Assembly (NCBI RefSeq): GCF_030144855.1
Contig: NC_082731.1
Location: forward strand, 28,954,001 to 29,018,000
Direction: 5' to 3'
Source: Hypanus sabinus
Taxonomy: Eukaryota
DNA: 64,000 nucleotides
Position 1 is the first letter of the stretch. Each line of letters begins with the position of its first letter. Position numbers and translations under genes: made by a program. The notes under the pieces were generated by a model that had not been told where the DNA came from, searched no databases, and saw only the letters and a list, made by a program, of their open reading frames with translations. Shown one piece after another: positions 1 to 11,974 of this stretch.

Positions 1-485
1 TCATCGTTTATCCCCATTCACTGGCACAAAGCGGTATAGCAGTTAAAGGAATTGATCTTCACCGTTCTCATGTTTTCATTGGCTATTAGCACATTACACA
101 CATGTAATCTAGTTTTTCAGTAATCTAGTTTATTAGCTGGCTTATTTTCTATTTAAGGAATTTTTTTATCTTGTCCATAAAAGTGAGTGATTTTTCAGAA
201 TCACCATCTTGGCTTCTTTATTGTTTTGCCTATACACCTCTTAGCATCGTTTCACAGCTCTTTATTTAGTTTGCTTCATATTTGTATGAATACAATAAAG
301 TGAAATCTTGGAAGTAAGACCGCTTGCCTTTTTTGACTCACAAATGAACCCTAAGGTTCAGAAAAGAAACAGAGATCCAACAGACTCTACCACAGACTGT
401 TCAGTAATAAATGAGAGTCTCACAACCCCGTGGCTGGAAAATGGAACCTGCATGTTCCTGGCACCACAGTCAGTGTGCTGAAATT

Positions 486-873
486 TGTAGGTGGGGTGCC
501 AGAGAATTTTAAAAATAAAGTTCGGTACCAGACTTCAATGGTGAATCTTTTATTTTAGCATGATATGGAGAAGCCTTATGTGTGGAACTCTGAGTTACAT
601 GGAATCATCTTGTGCTTATATTTAGTAACAGACAAGTGAGCGAAACCAACCCCCACCACAATTAGCAAGACAAAGGGTTGGTTTGTGACTCACCTGTCTA
701 CCCTTATCTTGTACAGCTGTATTGTTGCTCTAATGAGGGGTTTTGGGCTGCACAATAGCTTAGTTATGCAGATTTGGGACTTGATTGGAAACCATAGGAT
801 GTCCACAAGTTCACAAGCTTTAGCAACATTCAGCACCTTTAACCCAATATTCGAAATACCGTATTCTTTCCCA
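486..873 (-). mobile_element. 3' LTR of an env-bearing ERV
   Basis: On the minus strand it starts with TG directly after the polypurine tract AAAAAGGAGGGAAT (874-887), contains an AATAAA, ends ...CCACCTACA and lies downstream of env. No second LTR is present to confirm the boundaries. Confidence 0.65.
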
Positions 874-1029
874 ATTCCCTCCTTTTTGATTGCAAGATGA
901 ACTTTACAGATCGGTATCTGCAAAAGGGATCTCATAGCCTGAGGGTAGTGGCCACATTTTCAAACATTCTCGTTCATCATAAACTATCCTCTTCACCACT
1001 GTTTTCCATATTTGGGGACCTCACATAAA

Positions 1030-2190
1030 GCAAGACACAGTCATTTTTGTCTTTGACTGTGAAGGTGTAGATGTCAGATGATATGCAAGATGCAGTGAAT
1101 AACTAATGCCAAGCAAATCTGTGCAATGTCCATAAAGTGGGACTGCAACCAGAAAAACACCAATATCCCAACCCTTAGGAGAAGCCTAAAAACTTAGCTT
1201 GAGTTTTGTTGAGTGATATTTTTGAAGCATCCGGTCGATAAGTGCAACATTCTTTCCCGACTTGTGCACAAACACCACCTTCTTTTGCTATGACGTAGTC
1301 CAGGGCCATCCTGTTCTGCAAAACGACTACTCAGAGATTTTGCATTTCCTGATTCATAATTGAGAATATTTTTATAGTTTCATTAGCTAGAATTTCTAAT
1401 TCTAAACTTATATAATCTATACTATGGGTATTATTTATAGCACCCCCCCCCCCCCAAAAGAGTCCAATAAAACCTAGTTCAAGTATTTAGATAGATCGGG
1501 CCACTGCTGCGTTAGGGGTGCAAAACAAATAGCATATGGGAAAATTCTAACCAGTTTACCTTAGACTCTGGTCCTGATCACAAACAGACCAGGTTTGGGT
1601 AACATGGGAGTCACATTTACTTCTGTTGGCAATTTGTAGTGTTTTCCTGATTATATAGGGCCGAAACACAGAAACAATAAGAAGAGCACAGGTTTGTAAA
1701 TTTGGTGGTGGTATATCCCCATAACTTAGAGCTACTCAAAATAAGACACTTTACAAAATTCAAACAGGTTGGAGTCAAACTATTACTAGAAATATTATAA
1801 GATTACAACACAATTCCCTAAGTTACGATTCCAAAATGTAATTATAAGATTACAACATAGTCATGGCTCCTTTGCCACAGGCAGAGGTCTTATGTACAAT
1901 GCGTATTGTGATGAGTGGGGAATAGCCATAAAATCCTAACAGTTGGTTAAGTTGGCCTGATAGGCTGTATAATTAGCAAATTACCACCAGATATTCTGTA
2001 AACGTGGGTGGGCTTGTCCCTTCACTGTCCAAAGTTCCTTTGTTGGTGAGACAAAACGGCATGTTCACATTCAATCAATGTGCTCAAATATAGGGCGGGG
2101 CCAACAAGCTGATTGACATATAACTTCAATGATTTTGCCACATTATTTTGAAATGTTAATTTGTTATTCACTGTCAGTGTTTCTTGACTC
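1030..2190 (-). pseudogene. env: Gamma-type retroviral envelope, decayed
   Basis: Minus-strand translation gives fusion-peptide-like LGFIGLFWGGGG, heptad ...LEILANETIKIFSIMNQEMQNL*VVV, immunosuppressive motif LQNRMALDYVIAKEGGVC (~1270-1325), CX6CC (CAQVGKECC) and a hydrophobic anchor at ~1050-1150. It has stops and frameshifts. Confidence 0.9.
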
Positions 2191-2249
2191 ACTTTCCTTC
2201 CTTTTAATAATTGCGTCTTTCTCAGGCGCAGCCGGGATTGCGGAAGGCG

Positions 2250-2550
2250 ATTCTAGTTTGCACCACGTTCCGTGAATCCACTCAGGCTTCCCTGCCACTT
2301 TCAACGCTGTTCTAGTCATCAGTAGAACTTGAAATGGGCCATTCCATCAAGCAGAAGGAGAATCTTAATCCAGTGATTTAATAAGCATGTAATCTGGTTT
2401 GAAAAGATATGCATTGGTTTTCCCCGGTCTAAGCCATGTCTGCACAACCTTCGCATGGTTTGGCTGTACAGCTCCACTACAGTTTGAGCAGATTGTAAGG
2501 TATTTTCCTCCGACCAGATAAGGCTGGGCTGTGTATGGGTCATTGCGTAA
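2250..2550 (-). pseudogene. pol: ERV integrase C-terminus (GPF/Y region)
   Basis: ...WNGPFQVLLMTRTALKVAGKPEWIHGTWCK matches the class I ERV pol terminus W-x-GP[YF]-x-VLL-x-T-x-TA-x-KV...WIH. Confidence 0.85.
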
Positions 2551-2561
2551 TGCCTCAGGAC

Positions 2562-3058
2562 ACTTTCAGAATCAAAATTAGGTTTATTATCACCGGCATG
2601 TGACGTGAACTTTGTTATCTTAGCAGCAGCAGTTCAATGCTATTCATAATCTAGCAGAGAGAGAAGAAAGTAATAATAGATTAAAAACGTAATAAACAAG
2701 TCAATTACATACATTGAATAGATTTTTTTAAAAATGTGCCAAAACAGGAATACAGTATATTAAAATAAGTGAGGTAGCATCCAAAGCTTCAATGCCCATT
2801 TAGGAATCTGATGGCAGAGGGGAAGAAGCTGTTCCTGAATTGCTGAGTGTGTGTCTTCAGTCTGTATCTCCCACCAGGTTTGGTAACAGTAAGAAAAGGG
2901 CATGCCCTGGGTGCTGGAGGTCCTCAGTAATTGATGCTGCCTTTCTGAGACACTGCTCCCTAAAGACGTCTTGGGTACTTAGTAGGCTAGTGTCCAAGAT
3001 GGAGCTGACTAGATTTACAACCTTCTGCAGCCTCTTTCGGTCCTGTGCAGTAGCCCCT
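2562..3058 (-). mobile_element. Rex1/Babar LINE 3' fragment inserted in ERV integrase
   Basis: RLQKVVNLVSSI...QCLRKAASITEDLQHPGHALFLLLP is the Rex1/Babar ORF2 C-terminal motif. ERV integrase sequence lies on both sides. Confidence 0.8.
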
Positions 3059-3496
3059 CCTTGGCAAACTTTTCCAAGTGTGTTTTTAAGTATCCCATTC
3101 ATGCATTATACTAATCTGGATGACTGGGGTTGATACGGAATTTGCACTTGTCAATTGAACAGCAACGCCTGGCTAAGCACCTTAGTGATTTGAGCTGTGA
3201 AATGAGTTTCCCTGTCACTATTGACATTAGTGGGGACTCCAGCCCTTGGGATTGTGTCTCCCATGAGACACTTTACTACAGTGTGAGCATCATCCTTCTT
3301 TGCAGCAAGCTCTTCGATCCATTTAGAAAAGCCAGCACATACTTGTATCTGTTTTTTGCAGACATATGAACATAATGAATTTGTAAACTAGTGAAGGGTC
3401 TCTCAGGTGTTGGTAAATGATCAAACTTTGCTGTAGTTTTGTAAACGAACCGTGTAGGTTCCGCATACTCTCTGAATGGCTGCTGATATCTCCAGG
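3059..3496 (-). pseudogene. pol: ERV integrase catalytic core
   Basis: HLPTPERPFTSLQIHYVHM...YKYVL, FSKWIE, NSDRETHFTAQI and PYQPQSS..V*CMNGILKNTLGKVC form a degenerate class I ERV DDE core. Confidence 0.9.
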
Positions 3497-3659
3497 GCAA
3501 ACCACTGTTTTTTTAAAACTTTTTTTATTGTATTTCAAGTAGTTACAAAATAAAAGTATGAAAAAATGTATATTACCCATCCCCCCTCCCCTTAACCCTT
3601 CCCCCCAGCATCCCTATAGGAAAAAAGAAGAAAGAAAGAAAAAAATGAAAGAGTGCCTG

Positions 3660-6600
3660 GATATTGGAAGATCCCCACATGCTCCATGGAGTTTGTAATA
3701 ACTTTAGTGTGTGTGTGTATATATATATCTATCTATCTATTTATTTATTTATTCATTCATTTATTCATTCATTCATTCATTTATTTATTTATTTATCCCC
3801 CCCCCCCCAAATAACCAATCATTTCATCTTCGGAGCACCTATATATTTAATTGATCAAATGACATTAATATACCTCCTTCAAAACAATCACCTGTATATC
3901 TAATCCCTCTTTGAAACCAATTATATAAAAGTTGATTATCCATTGTAAAAGGAATAAGTCTGTTTTTAATTAAAGATCTCTTTGCTAATAAGGATTTCTT
4001 TATCTCATCGTCAACATTTATCTTATTCCATAAGTCAATCAAATGTTTTAATATAGGAGATTCTTTCTTTTCCCGTATCCATTTAGATTCCCATTTATAT
4101 ATATAATCTTCTGGTATATTTTCTCCTATTTTATCTAGTTCTATTCTAATCCATGCCGGTTTATCTTTCTCAAAAAAAGATGCAATAAATCTAAGTTGAT
4201 TTGCTTTATAATAATTCTTAAAATTTGTAAGTTGTAACCCTCCTAGATCAAATTTCCATGACAATTTTTCCAACGATATTCTTGACATCTTACCTTTCCA
4301 AAGGAACTTCCTCACATATTTGTTTAACTCTTGAAAAAACTTCTGGGGTATTTGTATTGGTAGTGATTGAAGTAAGTATTGTAATCTAGGGAATATATTC
4401 ATTTTTATGGTATTTACTCTACCTACTAATGTTATTGGTAATACCATCCATTTATCAAGATCTTCTTGATTTTTTTTTCAATAGTGTTAACTAATTTAAT
4501 TTATATAAATTCTTTATATCACTATCAACTCTTATACCTAAATATTTTATACCATTTGCCGGCCATCTAAATTGGGTTATTAATCGACATTGACTATAAT
4601 CTCCTTTAGTAAGAGGTAAAATTTCACTTTTATCCCAATTTATTTTATAACTTGATATTCTTCTAATCTATAGAATAATTTACGCAATGAGTGTAATGGG
4701 TTTGTTAGATAAAGCAGAACATCATCAGCAAATAAGTTAATCTTGTATTCTTCCTGATTAACTCTAAAACCCTTAATATCTGGGTCCATTCTAATTAATT
4801 CAGCTAATGGCTCTATCGCCAACACAAATAAAGCAGGTGATAATGGACAACCTTGCCTAGTTGACCTTGTTAACTGAAATGGTGTTGAAATTTGACCATT
4901 TGTCACTACTTTAGCTTTGGGATTAGTATTTAAGGTTTTAATCCATTTTATAAAAGATACTCCTAATACAAATTTTTCCAATACCTTAAATAAAAAATCC
5001 CATTCCAATCTATCAAATGCTTTTTCTGCATCTAAAGCAACTGCCACACTCATTTCCTCCCTCTTTTGCGCTAAATGAATTTTACTAAATAACCGAGTTA
5101 CATTATCTGCCGATTGTCTATTTTTAATAAATCCTGTTTGATCCATATGTACTAATTTTGGTAAGCATTTAGATAATCTGTTAGATAAATTTTTTGCTAT
5201 CATTTTATAATCAGTGTTTAATAAAGAAATAGGTCTATATGATGCTGGTTTTAAAAGAACTCTATCTTTTTTGGCAATACTATTAGAATAGCTGTCGAAA
5301 AGGATTCTGGAAGATTATGCGTTCTTTCCGCTTGGTGTATTAACTCCATAAGAGGAGGAATTAATAAATCTTTAAACTTTTTATAGAATTCAGGCGGAAA
5401 ACTATCTTCTCCTGGAGATTTATTACTTTGAAATGATCCTAGGGCTTCTTCGACCTCTTTCATTGTAAAAGGCATATCTAATCCCTTCTGTTCTTCCGTA
5501 TTTAATTTTGGAAAAGTTATTTGTGATAAAAACCTTTCTATCTTGACATTATCATTTTGTGATTCTGATTTATACAACTCAGAATAAAAATTCTTAAAAG
5601 CTTCATTAATTTCTAAAGGTTTTTAAGTAATTTTATTTACTCTTTTTCGAATTGCATTTATCGTTTTAGTAGTCTGGTCTGTTTTTAACTGCCATGCAAG
5701 GACCTTATGTGATCTTTCACCTAGTTCATAATATCTCAGTTTAGTTCTCATAATTGCTTTTTCTGTTCAATATGTTTGGAGTGTATTATATTGTAACTTC
5801 TTATTAGTAAGTTGTCTTCTTTTTTCTTCTGTCATATTTCTTTGAGATTCTTTTTCTAATTTTATAATCTCTTTTTCCAGTTGATCTATTTCTATCATAT
5901 ATTCCTTCTTAATTTTAGAAGTATAACTTATTATCTGACCTCTCAAATATGCCTTCATTGCTTCCCACAATATGAATTTATCATCAACTGAATGTGAATT
6001 TATATCCAAAAAGAACTGAATCTGCTTTTTCATAAAATCACAAAAAACTTGACGTTTTAGTAATATTGAATTAAATCTCCACCTATAAATTTATTCCTCT
6101 TTATCTATCATTATCATTTTCATTATTAAAGGAGAATGATCTGATAATATTCTTGCTTTATATTCCACATTTTTCACTCTATCTTGAACGTTCGTTGATA
6201 ATAGGAAAAAATCTATCCTTGAATATGTTTTATGTCTATTTGAATAAAATGTATAATCTCTTTCTTTTGGAGTAATTCTTCTCCATATATCAATCAAATT
6301 TAAGTCTTTCATCAATGATAGAGTTAATTTTACTGTTTTTGATTTTGTGACAACCTTTGTTGATCTATCTAAAACTGGATCTAGACAAAAGTTAAAATCT
6401 CCACCTATTAATATTTTAACATGTGCATTAGCCAAATTCAAAAATACCTCCTGTGTAAATTTCTATCATTTTCATTTGGTGCATAAATAGTCATAAGGGT
6501 ACATAGTTCTGAAAAAAATTGACAATGTATAATTAGATATCTCCCCACCAAATCAATTAATATGTTTTGTATTTTAATTGGTAAATTTTTATTAACCAAA

Positions 6601-6818
6601 ATTGCAACTCCTCTCGCCTTTGAGTTAAATGAAGCTGCAATAACATTTCCTACCCAGTCTCTTTTTAATTTCTGATGTTCTATTTCTGTTAAATGAGTTT
6701 CTTGTAAAAAAGCTATAACTAATTTCATTTTTTTAATGTATGTTAAAATTATTTTTATTTTTACTGGCCCATTAAGCCCATTAACATTAAAACTTAAAAG
6801 ATTCAGTAAATTAGTCAT
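3660..6818 (-). pseudogene. L1 ORF2 (endonuclease-RT), fragmented
   Basis: EN: LSFNVNGLN, FLQETHL, GGDFN, YSRID, SDHSP. RT: KSPGED, QTGFI, LDAEKAFDRLEW, TRQGCPLSP, FADD. C-terminal: GRVNTIKMNIFPRL. Split into at least 7 ORF pieces. Confidence 0.95.
3706..3797. repeat. Compound microsatellite (GT)(AT)(CTAT)(TTAT)(TCAT) in the L1 3' region
   Basis: Directly visible tandem units. Confidence 0.9.
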
Positions 6819-7273
6819 TATTTTTTAATTATATTACTCCAATCTATAATAATACCTAATCTTTCAACTTTCATGGTATCCTGGCAAATCTTTCTAAAAG
6901 TCTCCATGTTGCTATGAGTGTCCCCACCAGTCATCCAGGCAAAAAGATTGAAGAAAAATAGAATATAAAGAAAAAAACAAAATACCCCCCTACTAATGTT
7001 GTGAAAAAAAACACAACATTACCCCCCTCTGTTGTATGGGTCATGGCGATCGCCATGATTACACACGTGAATCCCGCAGAAACCAGTCCAAAGCTCCCCA
7101 GCCCCCCCGCAACATAAAAAAGTATATACATAAGAAGAAAAAAATACTATTCTCAGTTAGTGTTCCTAAAATTTTGCTTTTCTCCCCTATATTATCCTTA
7201 AATGTCCACCACTTCTGTTCACTGTCTCTATCTTCATCTTTAATCCATTATGTTTGGAAGTCTCTATGTATAA

Positions 7274-8325
7274 TTAGCCACTAAATGGAAGTTCTTGTGT
7301 GAACACCTCCGCTTCTCGATAATCGGAAAAAAATCTTCTTTTTCCCTCCTTCAAAAAGATTATCAATATTGCTGGGTGACGCATTATAAATTTATAACCT
7401 TTTTCCCAAAAGACTTTTTTCGCTGGGTTAAATTCCTTCTTTCTCTTCAAAAGGTTATAGCTTATATCAGGATAGAAAAGAACTGGTTTCCCTGCTATCA
7501 TCAATGGCCCGTTTCTATTTTTGACACTTTGGGCAGCCGCCTTCAGGATCTTTTCTTTATCTTGGTATCTTAAGCATTTTATCAAAATTGATCGTGGATT
7601 TTGATCAGGTTGAGGTCTTGAACTTAATGTTATGTGAGCCCTTTCTATCTCAATTGGAGTTTCTCCTTCCATTTCCAATTTTTCAGGGATCCATTTTTGA
7701 AAAAAAATTATTGGATCATCACCTTCTTCATCTTCTTTAAGTCCAACAATTTAATATTGTTTTGTCTACTAAAATTTTCAAGCTTATCAATTTTTTCATT
7801 AAGTTGTTTTCTTTCTGATGTCCAAGCAGTATTCTCATTTTCCATTTTGTTCATTCTTTCAATCATGTCTTCTGTTGTAGTTTCCAGGTCTATAATTCTC
7901 TTTTCCATTTTTTCCTGTCTCTTTGTCATTTTATCAAACATAATCTCCATATTTATCATTTTTTCTTTGATTACTTTTAATTACTTTTAATGCGCCTAAT
8001 TTACGCATTTTTGCCTCAAAGTCTTTTCTATATTTCCACAAGAACTTTTATCTCCATCTCCGTCTGATCTTTCCAGAGAATCGGACTCTCCCTCAGGTTC
8101 ACTTTCACTTTCGGTTGCAGTCCTAACTGGGCTTTGTAGTTTTGGTTGCTCCTGTTTGCGCATGCTCCTTGCTTCACGCTTGCGTAGTTCTCGTTGGTCT
8201 TTTCCTTTAGGAATGTCCGAAGTTGCCGCAGTTTCCTGTTCTGTATCGCCGGTGGTATAATGTACCCGAGTCCGCGGTTCTTTGGTAGAAGTGGGCCTTG
8301 GTTCTGCTCCAAGTTGCGTTGTCAA
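7274..8325 (-). pseudogene. L1 ORF1 (coiled coil plus RRM/CTD), frameshifted
   Basis: Coiled coil ...IDKLENFSRQNNI followed by IEIERAH...PRSILIKCLRYQDKEKILK and FYPDIS...LLKRKKEF, typical of vertebrate L1 ORF1. Confidence 0.9.
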
Positions 8326-8516
8326 GTTGTGGTTTTCTTCATCTTCTGTTTTTGAGGCATAGCTTGAAACAATCCGGAGTAGTTTATAAGTAACTTTTAG
8401 AAAGTATTGACTAACTTTTCTTCACTTAAACATTAATTTATAGATTTTTTACGGGAGAGCTGAGTTCCAGCGTCTCGATCCTATGTCAGCACGTGACATC
8501 CCCCCCTCTCTCCCCA

Positions 8517-8830
8517 GCAAACCACTGTTGTGTGATCGCATGAAAGATCCCTCCTTTTCCAGCATGACCTTGCCAATGCGGCACCTTAGCGAGGGAATGC
8601 AGAAATCCCTTAGGACACACAACACATCCACCTGGGTGAGTCCACAAGCCAGACTCCGTGTGCAGCCAGGGGAAATCCACGGGCGGGTGTTTGTGCTGTA
8701 CAGACGTCATCAAGTGGAAGGCTGAGTGAATCCTGATGCTGCCGGACATCACTGACCACAGAGGTCTAGGACATTGCCGCTTGCTTAGCAGCGTCATCAG
8801 CAATGGCATCACCGCTGAAGACTTCATCTT
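8517..8830 (-). pseudogene. pol: ERV pol: RNase H C-terminus and integrase zinc-binding N-terminus
   Basis: SGDAIADDAAKQAA is the RNase H GNxxADxAAKxAA motif, followed by ...HWQGHAGKGG...ITQQWFA. It joins the 3059-3496 integrase core across the L1 TSD. Duplicated at 14127-14440. Confidence 0.85.
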
Positions 8831-9169
8831 CAGAACTGGACTCCAAGAGAACCTGGGTCTTGACTCGGGCTCGGACCCCGGAACTAGGTGAGGACATGAT
8901 GAGGCTATGGTTCTTCGAGGCTAGGGTATGGACTCCGAGCCAGAGACTGGACAAGGACCCAGAACCTGGGTCTTGACTCGGGCTCGGACCCCAGAACTAG
9001 GCGAAGTCATGACGTGGCTACAGGACTGGACGAGGCTTGGATTCTTCGAGACTTTCCTGGGCAGGACGATGTGCTTCTTCTTGGAACGCAGGGCTGGGAC
9101 CCTTTCTAGGATGCTGGGCCAGGATGCTTTCTAGGATGCCAGACTGGGATGACTGCCAAGTTAAACCGC

Positions 9170-10630
9170 CAAGGAAACTGTCAGGGATTCAGAGGGGAAG
9201 GAAACATGCAATACTGGATATGCTATTAGGGAATGAGACAGGGTAGGTGACAGAAGTTTGTGTAGGGGAACACTTTGCACACAGTGACCACAATGCCATT
9301 TGTTTCAACATAAATATGCAAAAATATAGGTCTTGTCCATGGGTTGAGATTCTAAATTGGAGAAAGGCCAATTCTGATGGCATCCACAATGATCTGGCAA
9401 TTGTGGATTGGGAAAGGCTATTTTCTGGCAGAGGTGTACTTGTTAATGAGAGGCCTTCAAAAGCGAAATTTTGAGAGTAAAAGCTTGTATGTGCTTGTCA
9501 TAATAAAAAACTAAAGATAACAAGTGTAGGGAACCTAGGTTTTCAAGAGATATCGAGGCCCTGGTTAAGAGAAAAAATGAGGTGCAGAGCTGGTATAGGC
9601 AGATAGGAACAACTGAGGTGTTTATGGAGTATAAGAAATGCAAGAGACCACTGTGGAAAGAAACCAGGAGAGCTAGAAGAAGGCAAGAAGTTGTTCTAGC
9701 AGACAAGGCCACACAGAATCCTAAGGGATTCTACAGATACGTTAAGAGCAAAAGGATTGCAGGGGTCAAAATTGGTTCTCTGGAAGATCAGGATGGTATT
9801 CCATTTGTGCAGCCAGAACTGATGGGGGAGATCTTAAAGATTTTTTTTGCATTTGTATTTACTCAGGAGATGGACACCGAATCTATAGAAGGCAAAGCAA
9901 CATCAACTTCATGGACCCTGTTCAGATTAAAAAACAGGAGGTGTTGGTAACCTTGAGGCAAATCAGTGTGGATAGATTCCCAAGGCCTGATAAGGTGTCC
10001 CCTCAGATCCTACGGGAGGCAAGTGCAGAAATTACTGGGAAGACATATTTGAATTATCCTAGTGACAGGAGAGGTACCAGAGGGTAGGAGGATTGCCAAT
10101 GTTGTTCTGTTTTTTTTAAAGAAAGGCTCGAGACAGAAACCAGGAAATTATAGTCCGGGGAGTCTGACAGCAGTTATGGGAAAGTTATTGTAAGCTATTC
10201 TAAGGGACCAGACATATAAGTACTTGGATAGATTTGGACCGATTAAGGTTAGTCAGCAGGGCTTTGTGTGTGGTAAGTCAAGTCAAACCAATCTCAGAGT
10301 TTTTCAAGGAAGTTATCATGAAAGTGGATGAAGGCGAGACAGTGGATGTTGTCTACATGGACTTTAACAAGACACTTGACAAGATCCCGCATGATAGATT
10401 GGTCAAGAATGTTCAGTCACTCGATATTCAGGATGAGGTAGTAATGGCAGATGGAATTTAATGCAGACAAGTGTGAGGTTTTGCACAGTGAACGGGAGAG
10501 CACTGAGAAGTGTGGCAGAACAAAGGGATCTGGGAATACAGGTCCATAATTCATTGAAAGTGGCATCACAGGTAGATAGGGTTGCAAAGAAAGCTTTTGG
10601 CACATTGGTCTTTGTAAATTAATGTATTGA
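9170..10630 (+). mobile_element. CR1 LINE ORF2 fragment (duplicated at 14780-16240)
   Basis: SDHNAICF, NPKGFYRYVKSKR and VDEGETVDVVYMDFNK.LDKIPHDRLV are CR1 RT signatures. Internally deleted. Confidence 0.9.
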
Positions 10631-10639
10631 ATGTAGGAA

Positions 10640-10790
10640 GCAACAGAAAATCTGCAGATGCTGGAAATCTAAGCAACCTACACAAAATGCTGTCGGAACT
10701 CAGCAGGCCAGGCAGCATCTATGGAATAGAGTAAACAGTCGATGTTTTGGGCAGAGTCCTTCATCTGGATTAGAGAAAAAACATGGAAGT
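10640..10790 (-). repeat. Short dispersed element with a degenerate hammerhead-like core, Penelope-type (duplicated at 16250-16400)
   Basis: The reverse strand reads CAGATGA-AGGACTCTGCCC-AAAACATCGAC, against the canonical CTGANGA-stem-GAAAC core. Confidence 0.5.
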
Positions 10791-11063
10791 CAGACATCAC
10801 CATATAATCATAATCACACATAGGATCTGTCTGTCTCCAGTCTCCTGTTTAATTCCCCCCCCCCACCAGAAGCCCACCGGTCATGTGTCCAACCATACAA
10901 GTCACTAGCAAAAGGAATCACATACCTGCTATCTATAGTTTCCCACCATACCGTATCAGCAGAGGAGCCTGGTGGCACCAGCGGCTCTACCAGGGATTTC
11001 CTGGAATCATCCTAATATTCTGTCAGGGTGACTCATCACTCCTCTGATACCGTGTCCTGAATT

Positions 11064-11570
11064 ATGGATAAAATATACGTTGGGATAATACAAACAGATA
11101 TAAACCGGATTCTTCTTTTGTCAGAATCAGTTTTATATATGAACAGACATCATTGTTTCCTTCCCTCTTACATCCTGATTATTTGGGCTGTAAAGGGATT
11201 ACTAACAAATGGGATGATATCATCTGCAGGTTACCTGTACATTTTGGCTGTTCTTGCTGTGGAGATGGTGTGAATACTATATACTGTGTCACGAGTATAA
11301 TTCTCACATCCCTGTGGCGGTCAATGATAGACAAATAATGTTGATACTCCAGATTGTTGTCAGTGATATGATACTTGCACACCCAGACTGTTAGTTGGTT
11401 CGGGGTGAGGCTCACGTCATTATTGGTGTCTGTGATGTGCGTGAAATGACAATGTGAGAGCAGACATCTGTGTCCAAGTGCAGATGGTGCATGTCATACA
11501 GACAGTAGCATTCCCAATGGCCTGGGTACAGTAGTCCTCCATTGTGCCAGAGATTGCAGTGTGGGAGTTG
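11064..11570 (+). pseudogene. Block U: unidentified hydrophobic coding relic (copies at 16675-17180 and, inverted, 27915-28345)
   Basis: Frame CFLPSYILIIWAVKGLL[T/R]NGM[I/M]SSAGYLYILAVLAVEMV. Differences from the 28-kb copy fall mostly at third codon positions. Confidence 0.4.
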
Positions 11571-11974
11571 CTGTCACCGATTCTTCACTGAAGTGCTGTG
11601 GTACAATTTGTAGATAGTATGCAGTGCATTCACGGTATCAGTGGTGGAGGGAATGAACTGGGTTGGGGGTGGACAGACTATATACATCATCAAATGTACC
11701 AACACGTGAGGTGCCAACCATCAAGTCTACACATCTGTAAAATAGCAAAAGATGCAAAGAATGGCCAAAGTACAGTTTCATCAAGAAAGGATCAGATCAA
11801 GCCTCTGCAGTCCTGCCACATGCAGGTGTGAACGGTGATGGATCATTAAAAGTGAATGAAATGAGTCGACTCCAATAGAACCAACTTCCAGGAGGGTGAA
11901 GCACAGCACATGAGAGCTAAAGACAAGGCATGAATGCTTTGTGATGAACTTCCCTCAGAAACGGTATGAAACAG

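Larger units (their letters stand above)
3510..8516 (-). mobile_element. 5'-complete L1-clade LINE with 13-bp TSD
   Basis: TSD GCAAACCACTGTT at 3497-3509 and 8517-8529. A-rich tail with AATAAA at ~3510-3535, then ORF2 and ORF1 remnants, and a G-rich 5' end. Confidence 0.92.

Noticed and set aside
1-485. Possible leader/gag of a second provirus sharing the LTR
   Set aside because: No convincing PBS next to the LTR end and no recognisable Gag motif.
8848-9000. Repeat-spacer-repeat resembling CRISPR
   Set aside because: Only two units, in a vertebrate retroelement context, with no cas genes.
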